Origin: Alphaproteobacteria bacterium
Lineage (GTDB): Bacteria; Pseudomonadota; Alphaproteobacteria; MPNO01; UBA830
DNA: 64,000 bases
Reading direction: 5' to 3'
Assembly: GCA_965243135.1 (NCBI GenBank)
Contig: OZ251539.1
Location: 4,736,001-4,800,000 of the forward strand
Of this stretch, positions 41,013 to 50,579 are shown in pieces. A model generated the notes under the pieces. The model had not been told where the DNA came from and did no database searches. It worked only from the letters and a program-made list of their open reading frames with translations. Position 1 is the first letter of the stretch. Each line of letters starts with the position of its first letter. Both the position numbers and the translations under genes were made by a program.

Positions 41013-41284
41013 GTGATCGGGAGCATTCGGTACAAGGCGCTCTGGAACTGTTGGACCGAAGGCCAAGCGAGGGACCTAAATGCAAAATGGATATGGAAGC
41101 TGCGGCGCATCCTCGCCGCCCTCGAAGCTGCCGATGAACCGGAAGGGATGAGTTGCCCCGGTTCCATCCCTTGGAGGGTGATCGAACAGGCCGCTATTCC
41201 GTACGCCTCAAAGCCAACGTCCGCGTCACCTTTGGATGGGACGAGGACAGCGCTGCCGAGGTAGACATAGAGGACTACCATTGA
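41013..41284 (+). pseudogene. higB: HigB (RelE/ParE, plasmid-killer type) toxin, frameshifted
   Basis: IGSIRYKAL...KLRRILAALEAA, then a frame change near 41160 to FHPLEGDRTGRYSVRL.AN.RVTF..DIEDYH*. Confidence 0.85.
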
Positions 41285-41556
41285 TGATCGACAGGCATCC
41301 CTCCATAGATCCTGTGCATCCGGGGGAAATCCTCCGGGAGGAAATTCTGCCAGCCATCGCCGTTAGCAAGACGGCTATTGCCGCCGCTCTGCAAATATCT
41401 TGGCAGACGTTGTACGGCATCTTAAACGAAAAACAGCCAGTCACCGCGGAAATGGCGGTTCGCTTCGGAAAGCTGTTCGGTAACGGAGCCAACTTCTGGG
41501 TAAATTTGCAACGTGGGTACGATATGGTGGTCGCGAAACGTGTCGTGGACGTTTAA
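41284..41556 (+). CDS. higA: HigA-family addiction module antitoxin
   Basis: PVHPGEILREE, HTH, VTAEMAVRFGKLFG..ANFWVNLQ; TGATG coupling. Confidence 0.93.
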   Translation: MIDRHPSIDPVHPGEILREEILPAIAVSKTAIAAALQISWQTLYGILNEKQPVTAEMAVRFGKLFGNGANFWVNLQRGYDMVVAKRVVDV

Positions 41557-41825
41557 TCGGCGCCTGCTCGCCCGTAGCACGTGAAAGCCAGAAAAAAATG
41601 CAGCGCAATGAAAAAAATGGAATCGCACTGCAACCCCGGTGCGGGATCGCCCAAGGCATCCCTTGTTCCATGGATATCCTCTCTCCATATGTTGTGGTTC
41701 GACAGCGCTTCGGCACAACGCGATGCGTCGGGGAGGAGCGTTTATCCCATCGGAATCGATCAGGGGAACGTTTGTCAGGCTAGACGGATTCTGATACCGT
41801 AGCGGCGTGCTGGCGATCAGCCATC

Positions 41826-43238
41826 GTGAAACCGCACATTGAGAAGGCTGTTAGCGGGATGTCCATGCTACAAAGCATACTCGGCTCCGGGCGAAACGGA
41901 AGAAATCTTGGACCAAGCGGGTCATCTGTTTTCCCAAATATTAATGTTAACGGTATCGCCACCCAATTACGTGTCGATCAGAGGGGAGCACAGCGGGGCG
42001 TGAAGAACCAGCCCTCATCCCAAGATACCAGCTTTGATAAGGTCGAACATGAGATAGTCAATCAGGTCAAATCCATCAGAGATCAGGGGCTTAAAAATTG
42101 TGATGACCATGCCCGAGTGTATGATAAACGTATCACAGATGGCGTGGGAATGGAAATACAAATACGAAAGGTATGCGACACTACGCTAACTGATTTTCAA
42201 GCAGTGGTTGCAAAACATCAAGACGATCTCGATAAGGCGCACGAAGCGGAGCGACAAGCGGATGTCGCGCTTCAACAATTCCGTGATTATAATCGGATAA
42301 ATGATCCACCTTACGATGAAAATGGATTCCCTAAATGGTTTGCTATCTCTCTCGTTATCATAGCGGCAGAATCCGTATTGAATGGCGTTTTCTTCGCTAA
42401 AGCTCATGAGATGGGTCTGGCTGGGGGTATCGGAAACGCTTTAGCGATCTCGGTTGTCAACGTCGGGTTGGCAAGCCTTGCAGGCTTGGTGACCCGGAAC
42501 TTCAATCATGTTGAACCGTGGCGGAAAGTGATCGGTACGCTTTCGTTTTTGGGGGCAGCGGGTCTGGCGCTGCTGTTCAACTTCGTCGTTGCGCATTTCC
42601 GCGACGCCATGACGGCTGCGGCTTGGGACCAAGCCGCAGGGCGTGCGGTGGAGCGTGCAATCGCCGTTCATTTTCCCGAAAGTATTGACGCTTGGCTTCT
42701 TGCGTTACTGGGTTTGCTGGCGGCGGCTCTTGCCGGCTGGAAGACCTATGGTGCTGACCATCCTTATCCGGGTTATGGACGGATATCCAGAAAGAGGAAG
42801 GAAGCCTACGAAACCTACTACGATAAGCGGGAGACTGCGATCACCATCGTAACAGAAAAGAGAGATGAATTCAACAACAAGCTCTCCGCCGCAAACGCAA
42901 CAATTAACTCTGCCGCGCGGGCAAGAAGCGAGTACAAGTTGCTGCATAAGGAGCGAAGTTCATTTCTACAACAGTGCGATCAGGCAGTGAACGGATTGCT
43001 GACCCGTTATCGGAGCGCAAACCAATCGCAGCGCAGCCAGCGTCCACCGGAACATTTCAAAGAAGAGTATTACTTTCCGAAAATTCCGCCTCTGGACGAC
43101 TTGTCGTCGGCAATGCATTTGCCGGGTACCGGGCTTGAGGCAGTAGTCGGCGATTCGCTCCAAAAAATCCACTCAGCATGTGAGGATGCCATCAATGCCT
43201 TTCAAAAAGTTGACAAACGGGACAACCCGATGCCATGA
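41826..43238 (+). CDS. Four-TM membrane protein flanked by coiled coils (operon gene 1)
   Basis: Four hydrophobic segments in the middle, DHPYPGYG after the last TM, helical N- and C-terminal regions, lower GC. Start could be 41859 or 41865. Confidence 0.8.
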   Translation: MKPHIEKAVSGMSMLQSILGSGRNGRNLGPSGSSVFPNINVNGIATQLRVDQRGAQRGVKNQPSSQDTSFDKVEHEIVNQVKSIRDQGLKNCDDHARVYDKRITDGVGMEIQIRKVCDTTLTDFQAVVAKHQDDLDKAHEAERQADVALQQFRDYNRINDPPYDENGFPKWFAISLVIIAAESVLNGVFFAKAHEMGLAGGIGNALAISVVNVGLASLAGLVTRNFNHVEPWRKVIGTLSFLGAAGLALLFNFVVAHFRDAMTAAAWDQAAGRAVERAIAVHFPESIDAWLLALLGLLAAALAGWKTYGADHPYPGYGRISRKRKEAYETYYDKRETAITIVTEKRDEFNNKLSAANATINSAARARSEYKLLHKERSSFLQQCDQAVNGLLTRYRSANQSQRSQRPPEHFKEEYYFPKIPPLDDLSSAMHLPGTGLEAVVGDSLQKIHSACEDAINAFQKVDKRDNPMP

Positions 43239-44032
43239 GACGGGTTGGAAGGCGGCGTGAAAAGCGGCAGGCCGGTTGGTGGGCGCTTATCGTCGCCACG
43301 CTCGTCGGACTTGCCATAGTTGTCGTGCTCATTCGGGAGTTCCAGCCTCCCTCTATTGACAAGACGACCCTGTGCCCGAAAGAAACAGGACCTGTAGCGG
43401 GCGTCGTGATCCTGCTTGATCTCACTGACCCGCTCAGCCCGACCCAGCATGCCCGACTGCGCGGGATTCTCGAAGCGGCCCTTGCCGAGGCGGAGGCAAA
43501 TACGCTCTTCGCGGTGGGTGCGGTCAGGACCGATCCCACACGGCGTGGCGCGGAATTCAAGCTCTGCAAGCCGTTAGAAGGGAAAGAGGCGAACGAACTT
43601 TACCAGAATTCGCGTCTTGTCCAAGATCGTTACCGGAAAGAATTCAAACGTCCGCTGGACTCCGTGCTTGAGGAAATGCTGGCCGCCGAGGCCGCGAACC
43701 GCTCGCCGATCATGGAATCGTTGCAGGCTTTACTCGCGTCCACGCCCGGATTCCTCGATGCTGAATATCCTCGACGCGTCCTGATCGTTTCGGATCTGCT
43801 GCAACACAGCGCCGCGTTCAGTTTCTATCGTGGCGGAAGCTGGAGAACCTTCATACGGTCCTCGGAATCCCGGAGACAGGCAAGAAACATGACCGGAATT
43901 GACGTAGAGATTTATCGGATGCCGCGTTCGAATACGAAGATTGATATCGCTGATGTAGAAGACTTCTGGGTTAACTATTTTGATCGGGCGAATGTACAGA
44001 GCTTGTCCACTCGACCGCTTGGCGACCTGTGA
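43235..44032 (+). CDS. Membrane-anchored VWA-like domain protein (operon gene 2)
   Basis: Basic N-terminus plus TM; MIDAS-like ILLDLTD..S, SPIMESL, VLIVSDLLQ; ATGA overlap with gene 1. Confidence 0.7.
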   Translation: MRRVGRRREKRQAGWWALIVATLVGLAIVVVLIREFQPPSIDKTTLCPKETGPVAGVVILLDLTDPLSPTQHARLRGILEAALAEAEANTLFAVGAVRTDPTRRGAEFKLCKPLEGKEANELYQNSRLVQDRYRKEFKRPLDSVLEEMLAAEAANRSPIMESLQALLASTPGFLDAEYPRRVLIVSDLLQHSAAFSFYRGGSWRTFIRSSESRRQARNMTGIDVEIYRMPRSNTKIDIADVEDFWVNYFDRANVQSLSTRPLGDL

Positions 44033-45531
44033 GCACTTTCTTCCATAAATCGATTCTTGCCGTGTCCTTCTTCATCGGCACCGCCGGGATCGGCGTGTTC
44101 AGGATGGGTGGAGGATCAGGGACCGAATTGCAATGGTACGGTGCAATCTGTTCGGTTACTGTTATCCTTGTCTATTGTTTGGTAGCATGGATCCCTTCTT
44201 TGAGTAGAAATCTTTCCGACAAATTCGAGATAAGCACTGATCCGGAGATCGTCGGAGATAATTGTTACTATCTCGGCTTCGTCTTCACGCTTGTAAGTCT
44301 CGCAATCACACTTTACCGACTGCTTCCATCCGGTTCAGAAACCGTGACAAGCGACATGCTTGGAGACGTGATCTCTGGCTTCGGCATCGCGCTGGTTTCA
44401 ACCATCTTCGGCATCGTACTACGCGTCCTGCACATTCGTGTCCGTCCCGATATTGATGTCCTATCGGAGGATTCTCGCCGGGAGATAGAGGTTGCAGTCC
44501 ACGATTTCCGACGAAACCTATCCGCGAGCGTTCTCGCCCTGAATGACTTCGCTATCGAAACACAGCAGGTTTTGTCTGAAAAGCGCGAGGACATGAGGGA
44601 GAAGGCCGCGGAGGATGCGAAGGCGCAGCGTCAGGCGTTAGCAAAAAGCTTTGAAACTCAAGTCCTTGCGCTGGGCGACGCGCTCCGTCCGGCGACAAGA
44701 AAGGCAGTTGCAACTCTCACGGACTCCGTAGCTGAAGCAGCGGCTGCAGGGCATGAGGAACTCGTCGCACGCGTTGCGGGGATGCGTGCGTCTGTTTCTG
44801 ATCTTGCACGCCGGGAAACCGAAGCTATCGAAGCTCTCATTAAGGATGCAGAACGTACCAGGAACGAGCTTTCCCAATTTGGAACCACCATTTCGTTACT
44901 CGCTCGGAATTTTGATTCTGCTGCTACAGATGTTTTCAGCCATATCGATCCGGCCATTGGCGCGTTTCGCGACAAAATTTCTGGAGCGACGGAAGCGTTG
45001 GCCGTGTCGGATTCGGCGCTTTTGGAACTAGCAGGAAAACTTAAAGTTATCAGCGCAAATATTTCGGGCCAGTTCGATCCAGCTGTTGAAACGCTTCAAG
45101 ACAGAGTTTCAACGATAACGGAAACACTTGCAAAATCGAACACCGCGCTCTCGCAGTTGGCCGATCACCTTGATACTGCGGGTACTGATATTCCCGAGAA
45201 TCTTCAACCCGCCGCAGAGACGTTCCACGGGAAGCTCGCTCGGGCGGCTGAAGCACTGGCCGACATCGATCACGCGGTGTCCCGACTTGCCGAACGTTTC
45301 GAGGCTGTCAGCGCGGATATGTCCCAGCGTCTCGATCCGGCCGCCAGCGCGTTTCGATCAGGGATCGTGGATGCGACGGAGGCGCTCGCCAAGACCGGCG
45401 AGGCGCTTGATGGGATAGCAACAAGACTCGCTCAGTTAGTGGGTGACGCTGAAACAAGAGTTGCGAGCACAGTTCAGCCTCGTCGTCGGTGGCGGCGATG
45501 GTGGCGATTTGGCCGAAGACGCAGCAATTGA
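44029..45531 (+). CDS. MotA/TolQ/ExbB (ZorA-like) channel protein with long helical tail (operon gene 3)
   Basis: YYLGFVFTLVSL and GFGIALVSTIFG match the two channel helices; about 360-aa helical tail with 43-aa repeats; GTGA overlap with gene 2. Confidence 0.75.
   Translation: MSTFFHKSILAVSFFIGTAGIGVFRMGGGSGTELQWYGAICSVTVILVYCLVAWIPSLSRNLSDKFEISTDPEIVGDNCYYLGFVFTLVSLAITLYRLLPSGSETVTSDMLGDVISGFGIALVSTIFGIVLRVLHIRVRPDIDVLSEDSRREIEVAVHDFRRNLSASVLALNDFAIETQQVLSEKREDMREKAAEDAKAQRQALAKSFETQVLALGDALRPATRKAVATLTDSVAEAAAAGHEELVARVAGMRASVSDLARRETEAIEALIKDAERTRNELSQFGTTISLLARNFDSAATDVFSHIDPAIGAFRDKISGATEALAVSDSALLELAGKLKVISANISGQFDPAVETLQDRVSTITETLAKSNTALSQLADHLDTAGTDIPENLQPAAETFHGKLARAAEALADIDHAVSRLAERFEAVSADMSQRLDPAASAFRSGIVDATEALAKTGEALDGIATRLAQLVGDAETRVASTVQPRRRWRRWWRFGRRRSN
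44944..45440 (+). repeat. Four degenerate 43-aa (129-bp) repeats in the ZorA-like tail
   Basis: IDPA/FDPA/LQPA/LDPA start at 44944, 45073, 45202 and 45331. Confidence 0.85.
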
Positions 45532-45546
45532 CGGCTGAGTTACGCA

Positions 45547-46986
45547 ATGGCGCTGCCCTCTGGTACAGATTTTCCTAAGGAAACCCATTATCGACGCGGT
45601 GTGGTCATGGGATTGACTGTCGCGGAAGCGTTCATGCTCGTAGCCTTTATATTGATGATGACGCTTCTCTTCTGGCGCTTGGCGATCGAGGAAGAAACCA
45701 AAGGTCATGTTCGAGCAAAACAAATTTCTCTAGAGACTATCAATATACTGATCGAAAATCCAAAAATTGAACAACTTGTTCCGGCCATCGAGCATTTGCG
45801 GGAGGACACTCGACGCAAACTCGGCGATCTTGTTCGGCGTCCATATGCGAACGAGGCGGTAGCGGTTGCGCAAGGTTTATCGGAAGCCGACCTTGGTGCG
45901 TTGCGGCGTGGGGCGAAGCTTGTCGATCCGCAACGTTTTAAGGAGCTCAAGGACGCCGAGGAACTGGCGAAACGCTTCAAGGCGACGAGCCTCATGATCG
46001 AAAAGATCGAGGATCTTAAGGATGCACTGCGGCAGCGAAGCGTCGGGGAAATTGAGGACGCACTTGCAGTTATGAAGGGATTGTCTGAGGCTGACCGTCG
46101 TGAGTTGCGGCGCGGGGCAAAGCTTGTCGATCCACAACGTTTTAAGGAGCTCAAGGACGCCGAGGAACTGGCGAAACGCTTCAAGGCGACGAACCTTATG
46201 ATCGAAAAGATCGAGGGTCTTAAGGATGCGCTGCGGCAACGAAGCGTCGGGGAAATTGAGGATGCACTTGCAATTACTAGGGGATTGTCTGAGGCCGACC
46301 TTCGTGAGTTACGGCGTGGGGCGAAGCTTGTCAATCCGCAACGTCTTAAGGAGCTAGAGGACGCCGAGGAACTAGCGCAACGTTTGCACAGCCGACTTAC
46401 GGAGCTTCTTAACGAAGAAGATCGGGCGCGCAAGGATTTGGTCGACGAGCTCAAGCGGGATCTTGGGACCGAGATCCGGGTTGTCGGCGGGCGCATCGAC
46501 GAGTTCGACGGCACGATCACGTTTCCGGAAAACGCGCTTTTTTCATTGGGACGAGACGATATTCTGCCTCGTTTTTCCGATATATTGGACAAGATGTGCC
46601 CGATCTGGTTGAAAAAATTGAGGAAGTTTACGGATCGACGGGAAATCGAGGAAATTCTGATAGAAGGACATTCGTCTTCGGAATGGAATAACGCCCCGAC
46701 GAAACGGGACGCTTGGGTTCTGAATCTCGACCTCTCGCAACGCCGTGCACAGGCGGTTCTAGTGCATTGCCTGAAGCTGGTCGAAGGAACGCTGTCCGGG
46801 GAATGGTCTCGTGCAAAGTTGGCTGCAATCGGTTATTCTTCTTCGCGGCCGGTGTTGGAAAACGGCCGGGAAAGCCTGCGAAAGTCGCGGCGCGCTGTGT
46901 TCGGGATGCGGTTGAGCCGTGAGCAACTTCGGCAAGAAATCCTGAAAGAACTCCAGAAGGAAAACCGCGGTGACGTTGCCCGATAG
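45547..46986 (+). CDS. MotB/ZorB-like protein: TM, repeat linker, OmpA-like peptidoglycan-binding domain (operon gene 4)
   Basis: [18 protein letters not shown]; [45 protein letters not shown]. Confidence 0.85.
   Translation: MALPSGTDFPKETHYRRGVVMGLTVAEAFMLVAFILMMTLLFWRLAIEEETKGHVRAKQISLETINILIENPKIEQLVPAIEHLREDTRRKLGDLVRRPYANEAVAVAQGLSEADLGALRRGAKLVDPQRFKELKDAEELAKRFKATSLMIEKIEDLKDALRQRSVGEIEDALAVMKGLSEADRRELRRGAKLVDPQRFKELKDAEELAKRFKATNLMIEKIEGLKDALRQRSVGEIEDALAITRGLSEADLRELRRGAKLVNPQRLKELEDAEELAQRLHSRLTELLNEEDRARKDLVDELKRDLGTEIRVVGGRIDEFDGTITFPENALFSLGRDDILPRFSDILDKMCPIWLKKLRKFTDRREIEEILIEGHSSSEWNNAPTKRDAWVLNLDLSQRRAQAVLVHCLKLVEGTLSGEWSRAKLAAIGYSSSRPVLENGRESLRKSRRAVFGMRLSREQLRQEILKELQKENRGDVAR
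45874..46377 (+). repeat. Near-identical 204-bp (68-aa) tandem repeat, about 2.5 copies
   Basis: [29 protein letters not shown] units start at 45874, 46078 and 46282. Confidence 0.95.
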
Positions 46987-47123
46987 CCATGAAGGCTGGA
47001 GCACGAGCGTCTCGCCCGCGTCAAGGACGCGAATATGATCAAAGTACAGAGGTCCAGAAGTCGCTAGGACCGACGGTTTCAATGGACGAACTTCGCGCAT
47101 CCACGGGACATCAGACCTTCGCC

Positions 47124-48641
47124 ATGTCCATTCGCTCTGCTGCTCGTGCGCTCATGTTACAGGGAACCGGTTCCGACGTTGGTAAATCGGTACTAGCGGC
47201 GGGATTGTGCCGTGCCTATTCGCGACGCGGTCTCGCAGTGCGCCCGTTCAAGCCCCAGAACATGTCGAACAACGCCGCGGTCACGGTCGACGGCGGCGAG
47301 ATCGGCCGCGCCCAGGCTCTGCAGGCGCGGGCCTGCGGCGTGGCCGCGCATACCGACATGAATCCGGTGCTTCTCAAGCCCCAGGCCGAAACAGGCGCAC
47401 AGGTCGTGGTGCAGGGCAGGATCGCGGGAAACGCCGGCGCCCGGGCCTACCAGAAGATGAAACCCGATCTGCTGCCGACGGTATTGCGAAGCTTCGTCAG
47501 GCTTTCCGGGCAGGCGGACCTCGTTCTGGTCGAGGGCGCCGGGAGCGCGGCCGAAGTGAATCTGCGGCGATCCGACATCGCCAACATGGGTTTCGCCTGC
47601 GCCGCCGGCGTTCCGGTCGCGCTGATCGGCGACATTGATCGGGGCGGCGTCATCGCCCAGCTCGTCGGCACGTGGAGCTTGTTGGACGAGGCCGAGCGCG
47701 CCTTGGTCAGGGGCTTCGTCGTCAACAAGTTTCGGGGCGACCTCTCGCTGTTCGACGACGGGGTCGCTCTCGTCCGCGAACGCACGGGCATGGCCCCGTT
47801 CGGAGTCGTGCCCTGGTTCGCGGACGCCGCGGCCCTGCCTGCGGAGGATGCTTTCGGGCTAGCCGCCGTCCCCGAAGACGAAACCGGCGGCGTCAGGATT
47901 GCCGTGCCGGTCTGTCCGCGCATCTCCAATTTCGACGATCTCGACCCTTTGCGCGCGGAACCGCGCGTCGAGGTCGTCATGGTGACGGCGGGACAGGCGC
48001 TTCCCGGAAACGCCGACCTCGTTTTGCTGCCCGGCTCCAAGGCGACCCTCGCCGATCTCGCGTTTCTGCGCGGCCAGGGATGGGACATCGACATCGCCGC
48101 CCATGCACGGCGAGGCGGCGTCGTGCTCGGGATCTGCGGCGGCTATCAGATGCTCGGGCGGCGCGTTTCCGATCCCCATGGCGTGGAGGGGGAACCGGCG
48201 GAAGCGCCGGGGCTGGGACTGCTGGACGTGACGACGGTGCTGACTCGCGACAAGGCGCTTCGGCAGGTCTCGGGCGCGGCCGTGCCGACCGGGCAGGCGG
48301 TGAAGGGATACGAGATGCATGTCGGCGAGACGGCCGGCCCGGACGCCGCGCGGCCGATGCTTGCGCTCGCCAGCGGTCCCGACGGCGCGATTTCCGTCGA
48401 TCGCAGGACGATGGGGTGCCATGTGCACGGGCTCTTCGCGTCCGACGGCTTTCGCTCCGCCTTTCTCGAAGAGTTGAGGCCGGGCGCTCGCTCGCTTCTG
48501 AACTACGAGGCGGGCGTCGAGGACGCTCTCGACGCGCTGGCCCGTCATCTCGAGGCCCATCTCGACCTCGATGCGATGCTTCAGGCCAGCGCCATGATCG
48601 CCAGCAACGCCGCCGCAAGCGCCCCGGCGGCCCGCCGATAA
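47124..48641 (+). CDS. cobQ: Cobyric acid synthase
   Basis: [51 protein letters not shown]. Confidence 0.97.
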   Translation: MSIRSAARALMLQGTGSDVGKSVLAAGLCRAYSRRGLAVRPFKPQNMSNNAAVTVDGGEIGRAQALQARACGVAAHTDMNPVLLKPQAETGAQVVVQGRIAGNAGARAYQKMKPDLLPTVLRSFVRLSGQADLVLVEGAGSAAEVNLRRSDIANMGFACAAGVPVALIGDIDRGGVIAQLVGTWSLLDEAERALVRGFVVNKFRGDLSLFDDGVALVRERTGMAPFGVVPWFADAAALPAEDAFGLAAVPEDETGGVRIAVPVCPRISNFDDLDPLRAEPRVEVVMVTAGQALPGNADLVLLPGSKATLADLAFLRGQGWDIDIAAHARRGGVVLGICGGYQMLGRRVSDPHGVEGEPAEAPGLGLLDVTTVLTRDKALRQVSGAAVPTGQAVKGYEMHVGETAGPDAARPMLALASGPDGAISVDRRTMGCHVHGLFASDGFRSAFLEELRPGARSLLNYEAGVEDALDALARHLEAHLDLDAMLQASAMIASNAAASAPAARR

Positions 48642-49552
48642 AGACGCAGGGCGCGGCGAATGTCTTCCGATCCCGCTTCCGCGCGCCCCTCCCCGTGCAT
48701 CCATGCGTCGTCGACCGTTTCGCCGCGATACCGGCGCGGTCCGGCCAACGCCAGGCCCAGCGCTCCGGCCATCGCCGCTTCGGGCCAGCCCGCGTTCGCC
48801 GACCTGTGCCGTCGCGCGTCGCGCGTCGTCGCGATCCACGCGCCGCGCGTTCCCTTTCCTGCGACCGCCGCGATCAGGAGGGCGGCGAACCGCGCAGGGA
48901 TCGCGTTGACGGCGTCGTCCAGCCGGGCGGCGAACTTGCCGAATCGCTCGTGCCGGGCGTCGCGGTGACCGATCATGCTGTCCAGGGTGTTGATCGCCTT
49001 GCAGGCGCAGAGGCCCGGCAGGCCGAAGACCGCGAACCACAGGACCGGCGCGACCACGCCGTCGGAAAAGTTCTCCGCCGTGGACTCGATCGCGGCGCGC
49101 GCGACTCCGTTCTCGTCGAGCGATTCGGGATCGCGCCCGACGATGTGGGCGATCGCCGACCGCCCGGCTCCGAGCGACCGGTCGAGACCTTCGGCGACCT
49201 CGCGCACGTGATCGAACAGGCCGCGGTAGGAGATCAGCGTGCTGGCCAGAACCGCGCCGACCACCCAGCCGAGGCGGTGCTCCGCAAGCGCCGCCTGGAG
49301 GGCGTATCCGAACGCGGCCGCGAGAGCGGTCAACGACAGGCTCGTCGCCGCGCCGCGAAGCAGGCGCGCCCGGCCGCGATTGAACCGGGCCTCGCAGAAT
49401 CCGGCCAGACGGCCGAACAGAACGACCGGATGCGGCACGCGTTGGTAGAATTTCGGCGGATCGCCGACCGCCGCGTCGACGGCGAGCGCCAGCATCGCGA
49501 CAAGCAACGGGTGGACGGAAGCATCGCCGCCGGAGTACCAATGGAAAAGCAT
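48581..49552 (-). CDS. cbiB: Adenosylcobinamide-phosphate synthase (CbiB; CobD in Pseudomonas naming)
   Basis: [53 protein letters not shown]. Confidence 0.95.
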   Translation of the reverse strand: MLFHWYSGGDASVHPLLVAMLALAVDAAVGDPPKFYQRVPHPVVLFGRLAGFCEARFNRGRARLLRGAATSLSLTALAAAFGYALQAALAEHRLGWVVGAVLASTLISYRGLFDHVREVAEGLDRSLGAGRSAIAHIVGRDPESLDENGVARAAIESTAENFSDGVVAPVLWFAVFGLPGLCACKAINTLDSMIGHRDARHERFGKFAARLDDAVNAIPARFAALLIAAVAGKGTRGAWIATTRDARRHRSANAGWPEAAMAGALGLALAGPRRYRGETVDDAWMHGEGRAEAGSEDIRRALRLYRRAAGALAAALLAIMALA

Positions 49553-49632
49553 GCGGCCACAATCGCGCCGCCGCGGCGGCAAATCAATCGGTCGCCGCCG
49601 AACGGAGGAGAAAGGCGCTGACCAAGGGCATC

Positions 49633-50577
49633 ATGATCTGCGGCCACGGCAGCCGCGACGGAGCCGCCGTTGCCGAGTTCGAACGTCTTGCGGCGCTGCT
49701 TCGCGCGCGGTTGGAAGGCGCGCCGGTCGAACACGGGTTTCTCGAGTTCGCGACGCCGGTGATTGCGGACGGGCTGAACGCGCTGGCCCGCCGGGGCGTT
49801 TCCGAAATCCTTGCGGTTCCCGGAATGCTGTTCGCCGCCGGGCACGCGAAGAACGACATTCCGTCCGTGCTGAACGCCTGGGCCGCGGGAGCGAACGGGA
49901 TCGAAGTCCGCTACGGGCGCGACCTCGCCGTAGACGCCCGGATGCTGCACGCGGCTTCCGAACGCATCGGCGAGGCGCTCGACGCCGCCGGCCGGGACGT
50001 GCCGCTCGCCGAAACCATGCTCGTCGTGGTCGGGCGCGGCGCCTCGGACCCCGACGCGAACGCGAACGTCGCCAAGGTCATGCGCATGCTTTGGGAGGGA
50101 TCGGGATTCGGCTGGGGCGAGACGGCCTATTCCGGCGTGACGTTTCCGCTGGTGGAGCCGGCGCTGGAGCGCGCGGCCCGGCTCGGCTTCCGGCGCATCG
50201 TCGTATTTCCCTACTTCCTGTTCACCGGCGTGCTGGTGCGGCGCATCTACGACCATACGGACAGGGTCGCCGCGCGCCGTCCGGAGACGGAATTCGTCAA
50301 GGCGCCCTATCTGGGCGACCATCCGCAGGTCGTCGAGACCTTTCTCGAACGGATCGCGGAGATCGGGCGGGGCGAGAACAACATGAACTGCCAGCTCTGC
50401 AAGTACCGGGAACGGGTGCCGGGCTTCGAGGAGGAGGTCGGACTTCCCCAGCGCGGCCACCACCACCACGTGGAAGGCGGCGGCCACGCGCACCGCCACG
50501 CGCATGATCACGGCGACCGCCCGCCCTATCCCCACGCGGACCACCCGCTGGGACCGGCGACGCTCGCCGGCGACTGA
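49633..50577 (+). CDS. cbiX: CbiX-family sirohydrochlorin chelatase-like protein with MxCxxC and His-rich tail
   Basis: CGHGSRD, AAGHAKNDIP, GRGASDPDAN, PYFLFTG, MNCQLCKYR, HHHHVEG. Confidence 0.9.
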   Translation: MICGHGSRDGAAVAEFERLAALLRARLEGAPVEHGFLEFATPVIADGLNALARRGVSEILAVPGMLFAAGHAKNDIPSVLNAWAAGANGIEVRYGRDLAVDARMLHAASERIGEALDAAGRDVPLAETMLVVVGRGASDPDANANVAKVMRMLWEGSGFGWGETAYSGVTFPLVEPALERAARLGFRRIVVFPYFLFTGVLVRRIYDHTDRVAARRPETEFVKAPYLGDHPQVVETFLERIAEIGRGENNMNCQLCKYRERVPGFEEEVGLPQRGHHHHVEGGGHAHRHAHDHGDRPPYPHADHPLGPATLAGD

Positions 50578-50579
50578 AC

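Noticed and set aside
41683-41698. NrdR-box-like sequence CTCCATATGTTGTGG upstream of the four-gene operon
   Set aside because: Single partial match with no ribonucleotide reductase gene nearby.
45874-46377. Tandem repeat as a CRISPR-like or non-coding array
   Set aside because: The units are 204 bp, in frame, without spacers and inside a coding sequence.
44029-46986. Calling genes 3-4 flagellar motAB, tolQR/exbBD or canonical zorAB
   Set aside because: There is no flagellar or TonB context, the long tail is unlike MotA/ExbB, and canonical Zorya partner genes are not recognisable, so no symbols were assigned.
48581-48641. Convergent overlap of cobQ and cbiB as antisense regulation
   Set aside because: Short 3' overlaps are common in compact GC-rich operons (also at 26557-26582), and nothing else supports regulation.
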